Position numbers and translations under genes: made by a program. A stretch of DNA of 64,000 nucleotides from Klebsormidium nitens (Eukaryota > Plantae > Klebsormidiophyceae). The DNA lies in contig DF237387.1 in assembly GCA_000708835.1 (NCBI GenBank), positions 12,975 to 76,974 on the forward strand, given 5' to 3'. This document shows, one piece after another, positions 1 through 12,568 of the stretch. Under the pieces are notes generated by a model. It had not been told where the DNA came from and made no database searches. It was given only the letters and a program-made list of their open reading frames with translations. Every line of letters starts with the position of its first letter. Within the stretch, counting starts at the first letter, position 1.

Positions 1-121
1 GTGAAGAGAATCTGGCGAATAAAATTAAGGTACTGGTTGAGCGAAAGGAAGGCAAGAAAGCGTTTGCTTGCAAGAGCCTGCGGCGCACCTGCGGATGTCC
101 CTTGGACGTCCTTTCTCTCAC

Positions 122-3100
122 TTGCAGCAGCTTCCCGTCCGCCACCAGCGACCTGAACCCGAGGCGGTCCTGCAGGGGATGTGCAAACCCACGTTTACAC
201 ACAAGTTGAAAAGGCGACGACCTTCTCCGGCGCTCAAGTAGCAGCCGCGGTCCCGTTCCTCTCAGTCTGTCAACCACCAGAATCAGGGCGACTGCCGCCG
301 GTGGCCTCCCGAAAGAACAGACCGCGTGGCCTGCCGTCTCGGTTTAGGGTCATACTTTGGTAACTACAATTTCCATAAATGATCGAAGCTCCGGCACTCT
401 TTCGCAAGCCACACACTGCGCTTCAGCCCCCCTTCCATATATCCAAGGTTGCGGACGGCTAATGTACATGCGAGAGACAAGAGATGCCCCATCTCAAAGC
501 CCTCACCTTCCCTCGCATCACCACCAGAAACTGCGCCGCAGGATCGGAGGCGTCCACTCCGGGCGCGCCCAACTCCAGCGCCCACCCGCGCCGCTCCGTC
601 GCAACCCAGTACTGCCCCTTGTCCTTCGCCTTGAACGCGACCATCAGCCCATCTTCCAACGACCCGTTCAGCGACCCCCCCATTTCGAAACCGGGGGCTT
701 CGCCGCCCAAGCTCGGCCTGCGTCCGGAGGGATCCCCCGGGCCCTCCCCGAGGATACCCTTGCCGTCGTATCCTACTGGGGGGGCTGGGGCGGTTACGTT
801 GGAAGCCCCGTCCCGGCTGCTGCTGCGCAGCCCCACAAAGGTGCGGTCAGCGGGATAGCTGCTCGTGGGGGGGTGCTCGGGCCCCAGGTTCAACCCCCCC
901 ACCGCAGCCGCCAGGTCTTCTGCTGGTGCTGCCACGTTTCCCCCCCCGCTCTTTCGCTTGCCGAGCCCCGTTCGGCCCCTCCCGCGGAAGGGGGCCGTTT
1001 CCGGCGGCGGCCGGACCCCCCTGGAAGGCGAACCACTGGTCGGAAGAGCTCGTGCGCCTGACAACAGAAGGCGGCTGGAAGGGTGGGCCGGTCACGAAAG
1101 GGGGGGGTTCCACGCCGGGGGGGAGGATGTCGGCGACGCCGATGTCTGTACCACTGTGAACGGTGGGCAGATTGGACCCGCTGGATTGGGAGCCCTTCTT
1201 GCCGCCGCGACTTTTTCTGCGCAGAATTGCAGGGAATAGGTCACGGAAGAATGGCGGGTAGCCGGCTTTGCTTCGTGGCAACACTGGGAACACTGCTTTC
1301 TGGGCAATCGGGATGCTCCAATTCTCGAGCAGTTTGCGCGCACATAGAAAAACTTACGGTCTTATTACAAAGGCGTCTGATGTTGTGTTTGACGTCCAAG
1401 CTTCTCAGTCAAGCCCTCATACCAGCCATTGGTTTCAACGGTTTCCAAGTAACCATGATTGACCGAAGTGGCGGACGTTCTAGACGGCCCGTAGCCACAA
1501 TAGTCACGCCCTCCCTCACCTGCGGTTCCTCCTGCGGCCCGATCCCCCCGCCTGCCCCCCTGTCGCGGTCACATCACTCCCGCCGCTGCTGCGCCGATCC
1601 TCGGCAGAACCAAGAGAGTCGCCGCTGGAGAACGTCACCAGGAGCGATTTGGAGGCAGACCCCCCCGAAACGGCGCTCGGCGCGAGGCCCAGTTGAATGG
1701 GCTGCTGGCCGTGCTCGGGCTGGGGGAGTGCGCTCGCTTGTTGCTCCGTGGCGACGATGTTCTCGACGGAGAGGGAGGGGTCGAAGCTGCTGGGGGGGCG
1801 TGCCACGGAAGCTGCGGAAGAGGTGGAGAGGACGCAGTGAGAAGCGGACAGAGTCTGAAGCGCGATAGCTGGGGTTACGATGAGAAGGTTTGGGACGAGT
1901 GCAGTGTTGTGGAGCAGAATGTAGGTCTGCAAGACTGCGCTGGATGATTGTTGGGTCAGGTCTTGATTGGCAAATCTGACTATATGAAGGCAGGGGGAAA
2001 GGGTTCAGCAGAAAGTGTCCCTTTAACGAGCACAAATTCGCAGTCTGCTGCCCTTGTTCGCAAGAGCACAAAGATTGTGCAACTAGAGCCTTGTCTCTAC
2101 TTTACGCCCCTGACGGGCTAACTGGCTGGTAAAAGAGAAAGAGCTTCTGTCAAAAGCAATCCGCTGGACAGGAGATGCTCTTCTATACAAAGCAGGAGGC
2201 TCCCGACCTCGAGTCATACTCGATCCTCAAACATCAACGTCGAGGTTCAGAACTCGGAGGCACCTACCTGGGCTTTCTAACGGCAGCTCCCCTCCTTCCG
2301 GTCTTGGCGATACTGCCTGCCACTCGAAATGGCTGCCTACTGCGCCCGGTTTGCCGGGGGCCACGTCCCCATTGCCGGCCAGGGGGCCAGTCTGCGCCTG
2401 GCCGCGGCCCCCCCTGTGGCGCCGGGAGCTCCGCCGCCGCCGTCCCCCGGGCGCCTGGGCTGAATCCTCTCCTGCCGGGCTCTCCATGCCTGGTCAAATC
2501 AAAGGGAGTACAAGGTTAAGAGCGGAAACGACTCGGCGACCAGGTTTTCCACCTCGGCAAAAGCAAGGAACGCAAGGTTCAGAGCGGAACCGACTTGGCG
2601 ATCAGCTTTTTCAAGCCTGGCAAAACCAAGAAGCAAGCACACGTTTAAGAGCGGAACTAATTCAGCAACAGGTCTTCACGCCTGACGACATAAGAAGCGC
2701 GAAGTTGAGAGCGGAACCGACTTGGCGAGCGGAATATCCAGGAGATACGTTGAAGTGTTATATAAGCATACGGAGCTCTACCCTCGGGGCGTGCATGCTT
2801 ACAGGTCGTTGTCACATTATAACAGGCCCCAAATGATGTGAGACGAGTCGGACTACGAAGCGATGAGAGAAAGGCCAGGATAAGGACCTCTCAAGTCAGC
2901 CTCAATCACTTTTGCCTTACGCACATAAGCGGGTTGCGTTGCGACGAGCATACGGGCTAAAGCGCACAACCTCTGGTGAAACCGGTTTGGCGGCACGCTT
3001 TGTTCAAACAGAGGGGCCACAGCAACAAGCGATGAGCCTACGAGATAATGAGCAACAGCTTCGGCTCCGAGGGGCATTAAAGACTGCGCTTTCGAACAGA

Positions 3101-6100
3101 GCCGGACCTCCTAAAGCGCCCACTTACTCCCCTCGACAGGTCGACCTGCAACGTTTCGTTAGACGCCTCCTACCAACCACCCACACGCCGCTCAAGCCTC
3201 GCAATAGGAAAAGGGACACAAGCAACCAGACACCAGAAGGACGAACGAGACAAAAATTGCCACCTGCGACTCCAACGTCCCGACCGGCGCTGTCGACATC
3301 GCCCGACTGCTCCTCCACGTCATCATCGGACGCCAGCCGTTCGGACGGCACGATGCCGTGCGCGACGTACTTGCGGACGGCGCCGCTGGCCTTGACGCGC
3401 ACTTCGGCCCACACCTCGTCGCTGTACTCGCAGCTGCGCGGGGTAATGAGCACGTTTGGCATCTCGCGCACCTGCAAAGAATGAAAGTCGGAAATTTTGT
3501 CGTGAAAGGTCAGGACTGAGCTGAGCGAAGTGGTAGCCCCTTTGTGGTTCGGCCGACCGCCAGGGAGTGACGAGCACTTTGTGGAACCACCATTTATCAA
3601 TCTCTGCGGGAGGATCTGTCGTAAGGGGAATGTTCAAACAAGAGCAGTTTATTTCGCAGAAGGCCTCCGCAGTTCAACCGTCCACTAGATTTGAATTACA
3701 GTCCTGGCTACGACGAGAATAGAAAAGACATGGTCACAAGAATCTGAGAGCGTTCCAAAAGTTCGAGGCTTCAGCCTGTACGTCCGTTCACACCCGAATC
3801 CAAGACTGCAATTTGCTCTTTCTTGGCACTGGATCTGACCCTAGGGCTGCCTGGACACTTGTCAGGCAACGGAAGAATGCTTGCAGGCTAGCAGCCAACT
3901 TTGCCGGCCAGCAAAATGCGCCTGTGATGGTTTTACAGCGGTCACGGAGTAGCTTGAAGAGTGATTGCCGTTGGACAAACGTATGAGAACAGCGACGAAG
4001 GAATCAATACTCACCCAGGCCTCTAGCCACTCTGGCCCTTCAACGCCGTCGAGCGCCGCCCCACCCACTGCCCCGCTGATCAGCGCTCGCTTCAGGGCGC
4101 TGTCGTCGACCAGATGACTGCTGGATGTGTTAATCACGAGTGCACCTGCGCATACGAAAAGCAAAGATCAGCTTGCGGTCTTCGGTCGGAATATCCTTGC
4201 AGATATACTGGGCCACTCTGTGCACAAGTGACTCAGTTCGGAAGAAAACAACATGAATGGGAAAAAGCGGCTTTCAGGTCTTGATGTCCTTTTTCTACTC
4301 GCTTGAGGTAAGAGAAAAGATAGGAGTACTCTGGCCCTGGAGCTTATAGAACAGTCGGCATTACAAGGAAGCAGAAGAGCTCGGAGAGTAAGGCTCGTAC
4401 CTTTCTTTATACTCCGAAAGGCCTGGTCGTCGAGCATCTTGACAGTCTCCTGAGTGAGGGGGCAGTGCAGCGACACGACGTCACTCTGCGCCAGCAGCTC
4501 CTCTAGGCGCGCAACTTCCGTCCCCTCCCGCTGCAACTTGGCCAAACCTGCCTGGGCTCGACCAAAGTCGTCATCCTGGCGAGCAAGAGAGGTACATTCA
4601 GGATCTGAGACCAATCTAAATAGCAAAGGTTCCTTGCTGCTTGGAAGCATTTGTCGCAAAAGCCCTGCTTCTGGGCGGATAAGCTGCAACTATGATCAGA
4701 ACCTCTGTCTTCGAAGTCAGGGACCAGCTAAAGTAACAAACTTAGTTCGCACCGTTATGACGACATAAGACAGCCAGAAAAAACCTACCTATGCTCCTTG
4801 ACCAGCAGTGGCAGATCCGTCTCATGTCAACCTTTTAATAGAGTCCTTAAGAGAAGCCCGGCACTTTAAACCACAAGTATGTATATGCAGCCAAAGAGGA
4901 GGCAGGTTCCCCTTCTTGAAAGGCGGCTCAAATCAGAGCCCTACAAAATCATTCGACTGCAGCTGTGACTTGCCTGCTGTAGGTCCAGAAAGATGACCTT
5001 CATCTTGAACCCCCGGGCCCTCTGCGCCAAAGCCACGGCACTCTTGTCCGTCCCGACGAGGCCAATGACCTTCCCCTTGAGTCGCTTCATCCCCCGCAGG
5101 GAGGTGTATCCCGGTGCCCAGCTTATGCGCCCGCAGCGCTGCGTTGCTAGGTCGTGCGTGCGGCGTAGGAGAACGAGCATCAGTGCCATCGCTGAGTCGG
5201 CTACCTCGTCGGCGCGCGGCCGGTCTATGTGGAAGAGACGCAGGCCGAGCTCGGTCGCCAGGCTGGAATCAACCTGCAGAAAGCAAAAAGAGTTTGTAGA
5301 TACTAAAATAAAAGCAGATAGTTTTGGCCCATAGCGGCGTCATGGGTTTCAAAACGCAGCGTACATAAAGTGGCACGCTTGCCGATATTTGGTTTCGTAA
5401 GTGCGGCACCACGTGACCACTTTCTCAGCCACAATAAAGCAAGAACGTACTATGCAGGGGCCACCATGGAACCAAGTGTATAGACGAACTCTTCAAGGCT
5501 TGGGTAGTGTCAAATGCTGAGTTCGCTGGCAAGGCTTTGTACATCCAGGCAACAGAGATTAAGAATGCCCTTGTGAAGAGGAAAACAAAGGTGGCAGGAG
5601 AGTGGCCCGCTTTACAAAACGACAATATGTTAATCCAGCATCAGGCATCTCAAATCACAGCATTGTGATTACTGCAAGAACTGCAATCGACAGGCTGTCT
5701 TTGCCTTTCAAGCAATGATTGCCCTAACCCACCGCTCATAGACTGTCCGTGCCATTGACTTTTCATCAAGCGGCCGTATTTTGCCACACAATCATAGAGA
5801 CTGCACGATATTCCAACCACTATTTGTTTTTGGAGCATTCCGACTCAAGAAATCCAGCCCCGGATGTTGCTGGGATTACGTTTTGAACCGAGTGATTGAA
5901 GCTGTAGCACGATGTCTCACCTGCTTGTCAGAGGACCCCAGGCACAGGATAAGCTGCACGGGGCTGAGCCTGCGCTGCGCGTTGCGAGGCAGAAACGCAA
6001 GAGAATGCACGACGACCACCGCGGCCGCCTCGATCTGCCCCTTGCCAATGTCCGTGAGCGCAACATGCTCGACCTGTGCCACACCCTGGAGCTCGCGCTG

Positions 6101-6223
6101 CTCCGCTGAGCAGTCTTCAACACAGTTGAGGTACACAACCAGGGGAAGGCGGGGCGCAGAGATTGCGGACTCGGGGGCAGAGTTTCGAGAGCGGCTGCTC
6201 CGCGGTTTTGAGGAGGAAGACAT
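122..6223 (-). CDS. AN: ANGUSTIFOLIA (plant CtBP/BARS-like D-2-hydroxyacid dehydrogenase-fold protein); multi-exon, 3' end runs off the window start
   Basis: Exons with splice sites and matching phases: 5921-6223 (MSSSSKP..VVYLNCVEDCSAEQRELQGVAQVEHV..HSLAFLPRNAQRRLSPVQLILCLGSSDKQ), 4974-5273 (VDSSLATELGLRLFHID..ADSAMALMLVLLRRTH..RGMKRLKGKVIGLVG), 4401-4575 (LEELLAQSDVVSLHCPLT), 4015-4145 (GALVINTSSSHLVDD..ALDGVEGPEWLEAW), 3264-3471 (VREMPNVLITPRSCEYSDEVW), 2268-2491, ~1520-1868, ~507-1218 (RKSRGGKK..LEDGLMVAFKAKD..DPAAQFLVVMRGK; may contain a short intron) and 122-169 (DRLGFRSLVADGKLLQ). These follow the motif order of Arabidopsis AN, including its plant-specific C-terminus. Confidence 0.93.
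2512..2730 (+). repeat. Degenerate intronic tandem repeat, about 4 units of ~62-66 bp
   Basis: The core agagcggaa(a/c)cgact(c/t)ggcga recurs near 2519, 2581, 2648 (degenerate) and 2707, inside an AN intron. Confidence 0.6.
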
Positions 6224-7429
6224 TGCGAATGGCGGGAGGTGCTGCAATCGTCAAGATTGCTTTCTAAAACAGTGCCAGAGGGCCTCTCATTGAGCTTTTG
6301 CGGCGATTCTCCACTCTGGTCCTATGATCTTGATCGGTGCATTGGCTGAGGCAGTGTTGAATCGGCGCAGTGATTTGGGGTCAAAGATGATCTCAGGGTG
6401 GGTCATGGTGGCGAGAAGGCCGCAACCTGCAAAAGCAACCAGAAAATCTTTGTGAATCTGGCAGCTGAAAAGGAGCGGCTTTGCCTTGACATTCTTGGAT
6501 AGCACTTTCTGCTAAAACTTCTTTATAGGAAGGTGATGACAGGCAATGAGGAGCATCCGCCTGATCAAGCTCCAAGAAACCAGCACCGACTTCCTGCAGG
6601 GATCTCCATGACTGGAAAAAGCTCTGTGAGTCTCTCAATCCAAGCAGAGAGAGGATCACCTGAGCAAGGAATCAGGCCCCTTCTGCAGCATCCATTGCAA
6701 TGTTTGTACACTTTGACCTTGTGAAGACAGCGCCGATTAACAGCAGTTGTCCTATTGTAAAAGTGGACCAGATCAAGCAATGCATTGCAGTGAGGGGCTT
6801 GAAAAATACCCAACAACTTGAACTTAGCGTCCTCAAACGCCACTGTACAAGGCAGACAGGCCTCACCTTTCCTCATGCAGTGCTGTTCCCCTCCATGATG
6901 TGCAAGTTCTTTTGAGCTGAATGAACAAAGCATGGGCCTCAGTACTGCGCAAGAACATATAACATAGCGAAAAGAGGCGGGCCAGGGGGTGCCAGGGGAG
7001 CTGCCTGCCGCCACAAGTTCACAACCATCAACAGCTCCCTCAATTGCGTTCTTGATTCAACTTTGAAATTTCAACAGAGACAAACAATTCAATTTCAAGG
7101 AGTCAGAGCGCTGTGTATCCTACTGCTCGTTTCACACCACCTTTCCACTCTGAAGCCAGAGCTGGCGGGGTTGCAGTGTGAATACCTTTATTCGGGCCCA
7201 CGCTAAGCCGGCTCATGTTTGACCGAAGTCACCGAACCCCTCAAAGAAGAGCGTATTCCCACCTTTTGCGCCCGGAGGGCCGAAGCTGGTGCGATCTGCC
7301 TGGCAAAGTCAAGACCCGTAGGAGAGAAGCCAGCATGGGGCAAGAGGCACAAAGTTTGCGAATGGAATCGGATGCGGACACCTTGTTCGGACACTCAAAA
7401 GTGCTCGGGTAGAAGTGTGACCATACCAG

Positions 7430-7570
7430 AACCCTAAGGTCAGTGACTTAGCCGTTAGTAGGAACCCTAATCGTATAGCAGTCACAGGGTAGGGTCTTAA
7501 CCCTAACAAACCGTCTCCGGGAAGGTGCCTAACCCTAACATACCGTCAGTGTTCTGTGACTTAACCCTAA
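7430..7570 (+). promoter_or_regulatory. Array of five telo-box/telomere-like AACCCTAA motifs in the divergent AN / mS33 intergenic region
   Basis: AACCCTAA at 7430, 7463, 7499, 7531 and 7563 (spacing 33, 36, 32, 32), plus TAGGGT near 7490. Telo-boxes are established cis-elements of plant translation-machinery genes. Confidence 0.6.
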
Positions 7571-8055
7571 GGTCCGTCCGGAGGCCCGGTTGCTTCTGGG
7601 CTAGGCCGTACCGCATAAGAAGCGACGGTGCATACTGTGCGCTGCCATTTCTGGTACGGTACCGTCCAAAGCCGACTCTCCCAATGTACGTTTTGCGCCA
7701 GGGGCAGAAGCCTGGCCCTTGAATATTAAATACCTCTAGGCAGCGCAAGCTTGCACTTGAAGTTGCAGAGCTCTGCAAAGTCTGAAGAAGTGCGCAGCGG
7801 CTAGTTAGTCTGACAGCGTTCACAGCAGAGCATCAGAGCGCAGAAGGCATCCGTGGGGCAACTGCTGGATGCTGAGGCGCAAATTTTGCTCTGCAAAGGT
7901 CATCCTGCGGCTTCTTGAAGCCAGTCATTCAGGCGCTCGAAGTTGTGCTGGTCTTAAACAGCCTGTCGTGGCTCTGGACATCATCCAACTAAGCATGTGA
8001 CCATTTTTCCACCACCTGTTGTATCGAAGTCGGACGGCGGTGCTGCAGTGAAACG

Positions 8056-8623
8056 ATGAGCAGCCAGAAGCTTGCTGAGATCTCGGCCCGCATTTTTGGG
8101 AACGTCGTTGGCAACGGGTTGAGGTCAGGTCGGAAAGTCCTCAGTCAACCACTGGTTGGGGAGAAAGTGGTTGCGTGGTACCCGCCAACTCTGGAGGAGA
8201 ATGACGCGCTATTTGAGGATCCAGAAGAGAAAAGGTGAGCGGGAAGCAGAAGCACCAACAGGGTGTGCTGAACCTGTTATGGCAGAGGTTGCTTGGAGCG
8301 CACGGAGATTCTGTCCTCTGGCATTGGCTCGGCGCACTGCTTTCACCAACACAGCTGTACAATGCACTTGCTGGCAGAGAGTCTAGAAAGTTCAAGTCCA
8401 TAGTCAGTATCGCATCTACACTGTCGGCTAACCTGGTGGTGCTTTTTGTCTCAGACCCTTGGAATTCACTGTAGTCATGATGGTAAACGCAGAAGCAATG
8501 CCAGCTTTCCAAATTGCCTGTGTATCTCCTTGTAGGCGTTTGATGATGAACGACCTCCGGAAGCGGCGGGGCAAGGGACCACCAAAGAAAGGGGAGGGTA
8601 AACGTGCTGCTAAACGGAAGTAG
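8056..8623 (+). CDS. MRPS33: Mitochondrial ribosomal protein mS33 (Rsm27 family)
   Basis: Exon 1 8056-8234: MSSQKLAEISARIFGNVVGNGLRSGRKVLSQPLVGEKVVAWYPP..DPEEK. Exon 2 8536-8623: RRLMMNDLRKRRGKGPPKKGEGKRAAKRK*. The GT-AG intron is phase 2 on both sides, and both termini are typical of mS33. Confidence 0.92.
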
Positions 8624-11600
8624 AATCTTACTGGCGCCCATCGCTAGGGCATAGCTTGGGGCGTAGGTTGTGCATGATTCTGCTCAATCGAGTGTCGCTT
8701 TCTAGTTCTACCAATGAGTTGGCGGACAATTATTACCTGGAAGAGATCAGAGCCTGAACAACGGCTCGATGGTGGGTTGTATTGAATTCCCTGGTTTACT
8801 ATATGAGAAGGACTGAGAGGTGAGATAAGGGAATTTTGATGGTCAATAGAACACAACTCCTTGAGCTTAAGAGTACAGCGGTTGTGCGATGTCTTAGGAG
8901 CCTAGGGGCTTGATTCGTGCCTGCTTCTCCCAAGCAAGTTCATCTACGGTAAGTGTCCTTGAGGCACCAAGGCATCGTGATGGTGAATGTTGAGCCCTTC
9001 ACTGCTGAAACTCCTAGCTGCGATCTACAATATTTGCTTCTTTACCTCGGAAAGTTTGTTGAGAACGCATGTAAGGTAGTGCTGAATGCTTTTCAACCAC
9101 TTGCATGTGGAGCCGCTGATCCGATCCAATACTGCAATCTCGCCATGTCAAGAAGGCGCCATGGCACATTATAAGGATTTGCCGTTCAGGCTTGCAGACT
9201 AGCCTTTCGCTGTCTTACATATCTGTCGCGAAACTCAAGAGAATCGTCACCATGGATTTCTACAGGCAGGATATATACTACGAGCAATCGAGGAACTTTC
9301 AATCGAGATTGAACTTGAACTTCCATGGAGCAATCAATCATTGCATCAATCATTGCATCAATCAATGCATTGCTTGCATGAACGACTCAGCCCAAGATTG
9401 CATCGGTGTGTGCTAGTTTACATCGTGGCGCGCATCCAGATGAAGGATTTCTTGGTCAATGGAAATCCATTGTGATACTCGGATGGGATCGAGTCAATCA
9501 AGTACGTACGATGAATCACAGAATCAGCTTATGATGGGGAACCAAGGGGCGCCCGTCAGGCTTGCCTTGCATGCTCAGTGGCAACATATCACAAGGGATA
9601 GTTCTGACTACCAATGCATGCGAGCACGACCGTGTTATGAGATTATGGTGGACACAGCTTATTGTCGTTGGACCTTATTGGAAGCTAGAGTTTCTCAAAG
9701 TGAAATACTGAAGCACTGTCTACCAGCTTCCGGCCCAAGCGACTATCAAGCTGCACCATGTTCCGCTAAAGAACTGTTGTCAGTCAGGTTCTGCAATGAT
9801 TGACCCGTTCCTACCAATCTTCACCAGTCTTCACGCAAGGAGAACTGAATCAAGTAGTGGGCCTAATGTTGCAAGAAGAGTGTCAAAGTCTTTGTCGCTC
9901 TCGTGGTCAGTATAGGAATTCTGGTTCAAGGAGGTTCAACATGAGCTTTTCAGGCATGCCAGTGAATATACAAGCGATGGACGGGGACTTGATCTGGGTT
10001 GGACGTCACTCATTCAACGCCCCGGGGATTCTTCCTCAACCCAACGATTTTGTGAAGTGGGTCCCAGTGTGGTAAGTGCACTTCTCACAAATAGATATCT
10101 CACGCCGCCTTGTTGCGTCAAGGTCAACGCGGAATCTTGTCATCTTGCAACAGCGCTTTGCTTGGATCTTACCAGCCTTTCTGTGCAGACACGGACTGTC
10201 AAGTATTTATTATATAAGCTGCTCTTGATCTTTCTTTCGGCTCGTCTGCAATTTCTAGAGTGTGCCCGAAAAGCAACAATGTGCGAGCTAATGCTCCTAA
10301 CAGCGTGCGCTTATGGTCCAGTTTCGACAGGGAAGGCCTTCTTTCTAGTACGCTCAGAACTTCAGAGGAACTGCCCGAGTTGAGCCAGGTTCTTTGGAGT
10401 TGAGGACTGACAGGATCCGAGACAAAGCTCTTCGATGGGCTCGGCTCTTTCCGAGCCATCGTGTGATCGTGTCGCTTCATTGCTTGAAGCTCACGAGAAA
10501 TCAAAGTGTTCAAACACTGACGGGGCTCCTAAGCAATTATCTCGTGTCCAAAAACGAGACACAGAATACGTCTCCGGACAGCCAAACATGATTGTCCACA
10601 CAGTGCTAAAGTCAACGGGTGTATTTCCCAAACAGTTGTACCGCAACATACAGGGTCTGAATCGAGAACGAGCTTGCTGCTTGATCGATCTGTTTCCAAG
10701 GCAAGTTCACTCGCCTCCTCAGCCCACTACGTTTTTCCACTGTACCATTCTGAACATGTCAATGATGATGTGTGTTTTGATTTTGGGCGTGCACAAAGTG
10801 TCTCTTGGTCCGCACGAAGCGCCCAGCAGCTCGCCTTACCTCCCTGCTTCTCTGTAGCTCTTCTTTCGCAAGTGACCAATCTGATCCACTTCCTGCTCAA
10901 AATGAGCAAGGTCCCAGTCCCCGGCCCTGCTAAAAACCATAGTGCGCTTTGCCAGTTGAGTGTGAAACCCCACCGCTGCGGGGCCTGCAGCAAGCTTCTC
11001 GCAACGGAAGGGCTCGAGCTGAGACGGAAGGTTTGGTCACCATTTTTGAAGGACGGCTATACTAGAGTACTGGGGTCGACTACAAAACTTTTTCTGGTGA
11101 CGTCCGGTCTGCAACCCACGAAGTATGGTTGGTCATAGTTTATTCGTCAGCGGAAAAGGTGTTCTTGTTAGAGAACTTCGTAATACCAGCGCCACAGCCG
11201 AGCCGGTTCATTGGGCGAAAGCACCACGGCTCAGTACGCCAAAAACATTGAAGGGCAGGGAGTCAGATTCATTGGAGCAGCCACTGTCGAAGTTCGACGA
11301 ACCAAAATCTACATGTCAATGTGTTTGTCGGATGCGGAAGCGGCCCGCGGAAGGATTTGTGCATTGATGATCACGACGAGGCGCAACTTGAATCCGGTGT
11401 AATAATGTCTTCTTGTTGCTTCTTGAATTGAGTAATCATGTCAAATGTTTCTGATTGCTTTCGAACAGCCGCGACATGTTTTCCACGAGGGTGAGTAGCC
11501 GTGCTGCACGCTGGTGGCGATCGATCTGAAGACGTCTGAATTAGCTTTAATCAAAGTACAAAATACTCGAAATCCACTGCACCAAATCAGTGTCTTTCCA

Positions 11601-12568
11601 CTGCTGCTGAATCAGATCACTGACACACTGCTTACTCAATGATTGTCATTCGACTTGTGTTTGGCACTCTTCCCTTGTGCCGTTTTATCTGTCCATGGCG
11701 CAGATGGTGTGGACCTCGTAGAAAGAGAGGCCTCGAGCTTGCAGGCGTTTTGCCTCTGGTTGCAAGGTTTTTTCTGAATGCCATATACCATCTCGAAGTC
11801 GCTCGAGGTATGCTCCCTGCTCTGGCGCGCAGAGCTGCTTCGACGTCGGACCCTTTGATCAGCCAGCGAGCACGCGCGCGTGAACACTCTTCATTCCTCC
11901 GCCGCAACCAGTGACTTCGATCTTTCACAGGATACGAACTCAAGAGCGCATGCTTCGCGAAACAATCACTAACTACAGTAGTGAAGTCGCACAACGTACA
12001 GCTATGGATGCTACTAGGTAGTCATAAGGAGGCTGTCCGAGGTTGTTGTAATAGTAGTCTACTGCTGTAGTTACTGATCTGTTCAGCGACCGTAATCACA
12101 CGTCTGTGCCTAGTACTAGTAGGTACTTGGAACTTGGGACAGTCTCGAACACTGCATGCGCCTGCATGCCTGCATGCTAGCCGCTGTACGCCCGAGCCTG
12201 CGAAGGCTGTTAAGCCGGCCTGACCGGGCTGATCTGACCATGTGCGTCACGTGGGTTTCGACTTGTCGAGTCAGTATGTCGGGCCGCGGAGCACTAGCAT
12301 GCAAGGCCGGTGCCGGCGCAAACCTCGTGGGCTCGAATCTGGGCTCACAGGAGCACCGGAGACCACAAAACGTCACTATGATTGGCAGAGCCTGAGATAC
12401 ATACTGCTTTCACCAAGCTCAAACACTGCAATACTCGAGCCTCTGCTTCGGGCCTCTTTGACCGCTTCCTGCAAGCGTTTAGCTGATCCCTGCGCTTTTC
12501 TTAGCCCCCTCTTGGCGGCGCCTCGCAAGCCCCTGTGACGTCAGCCCTTGCGTGAAGAGTCAGCAGCC

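Noticed and set aside
6393-7014. Exon-like minus-strand blocks upstream of the AN ATG
   Set aside because: No coherent long ORF or family motif. Probably AN 5' UTR exons or intergenic DNA.
7430-7570. CRISPR-like repeat-spacer appearance
   Set aside because: The repeat is only 8 bp and equals the telomere/telo-box motif. There are no cas genes, and the context is eukaryotic.
9330-9372. 12-bp microrepeat (aatcattgcatc) x~3
   Set aside because: Ordinary short tandem repeat with no further structure.
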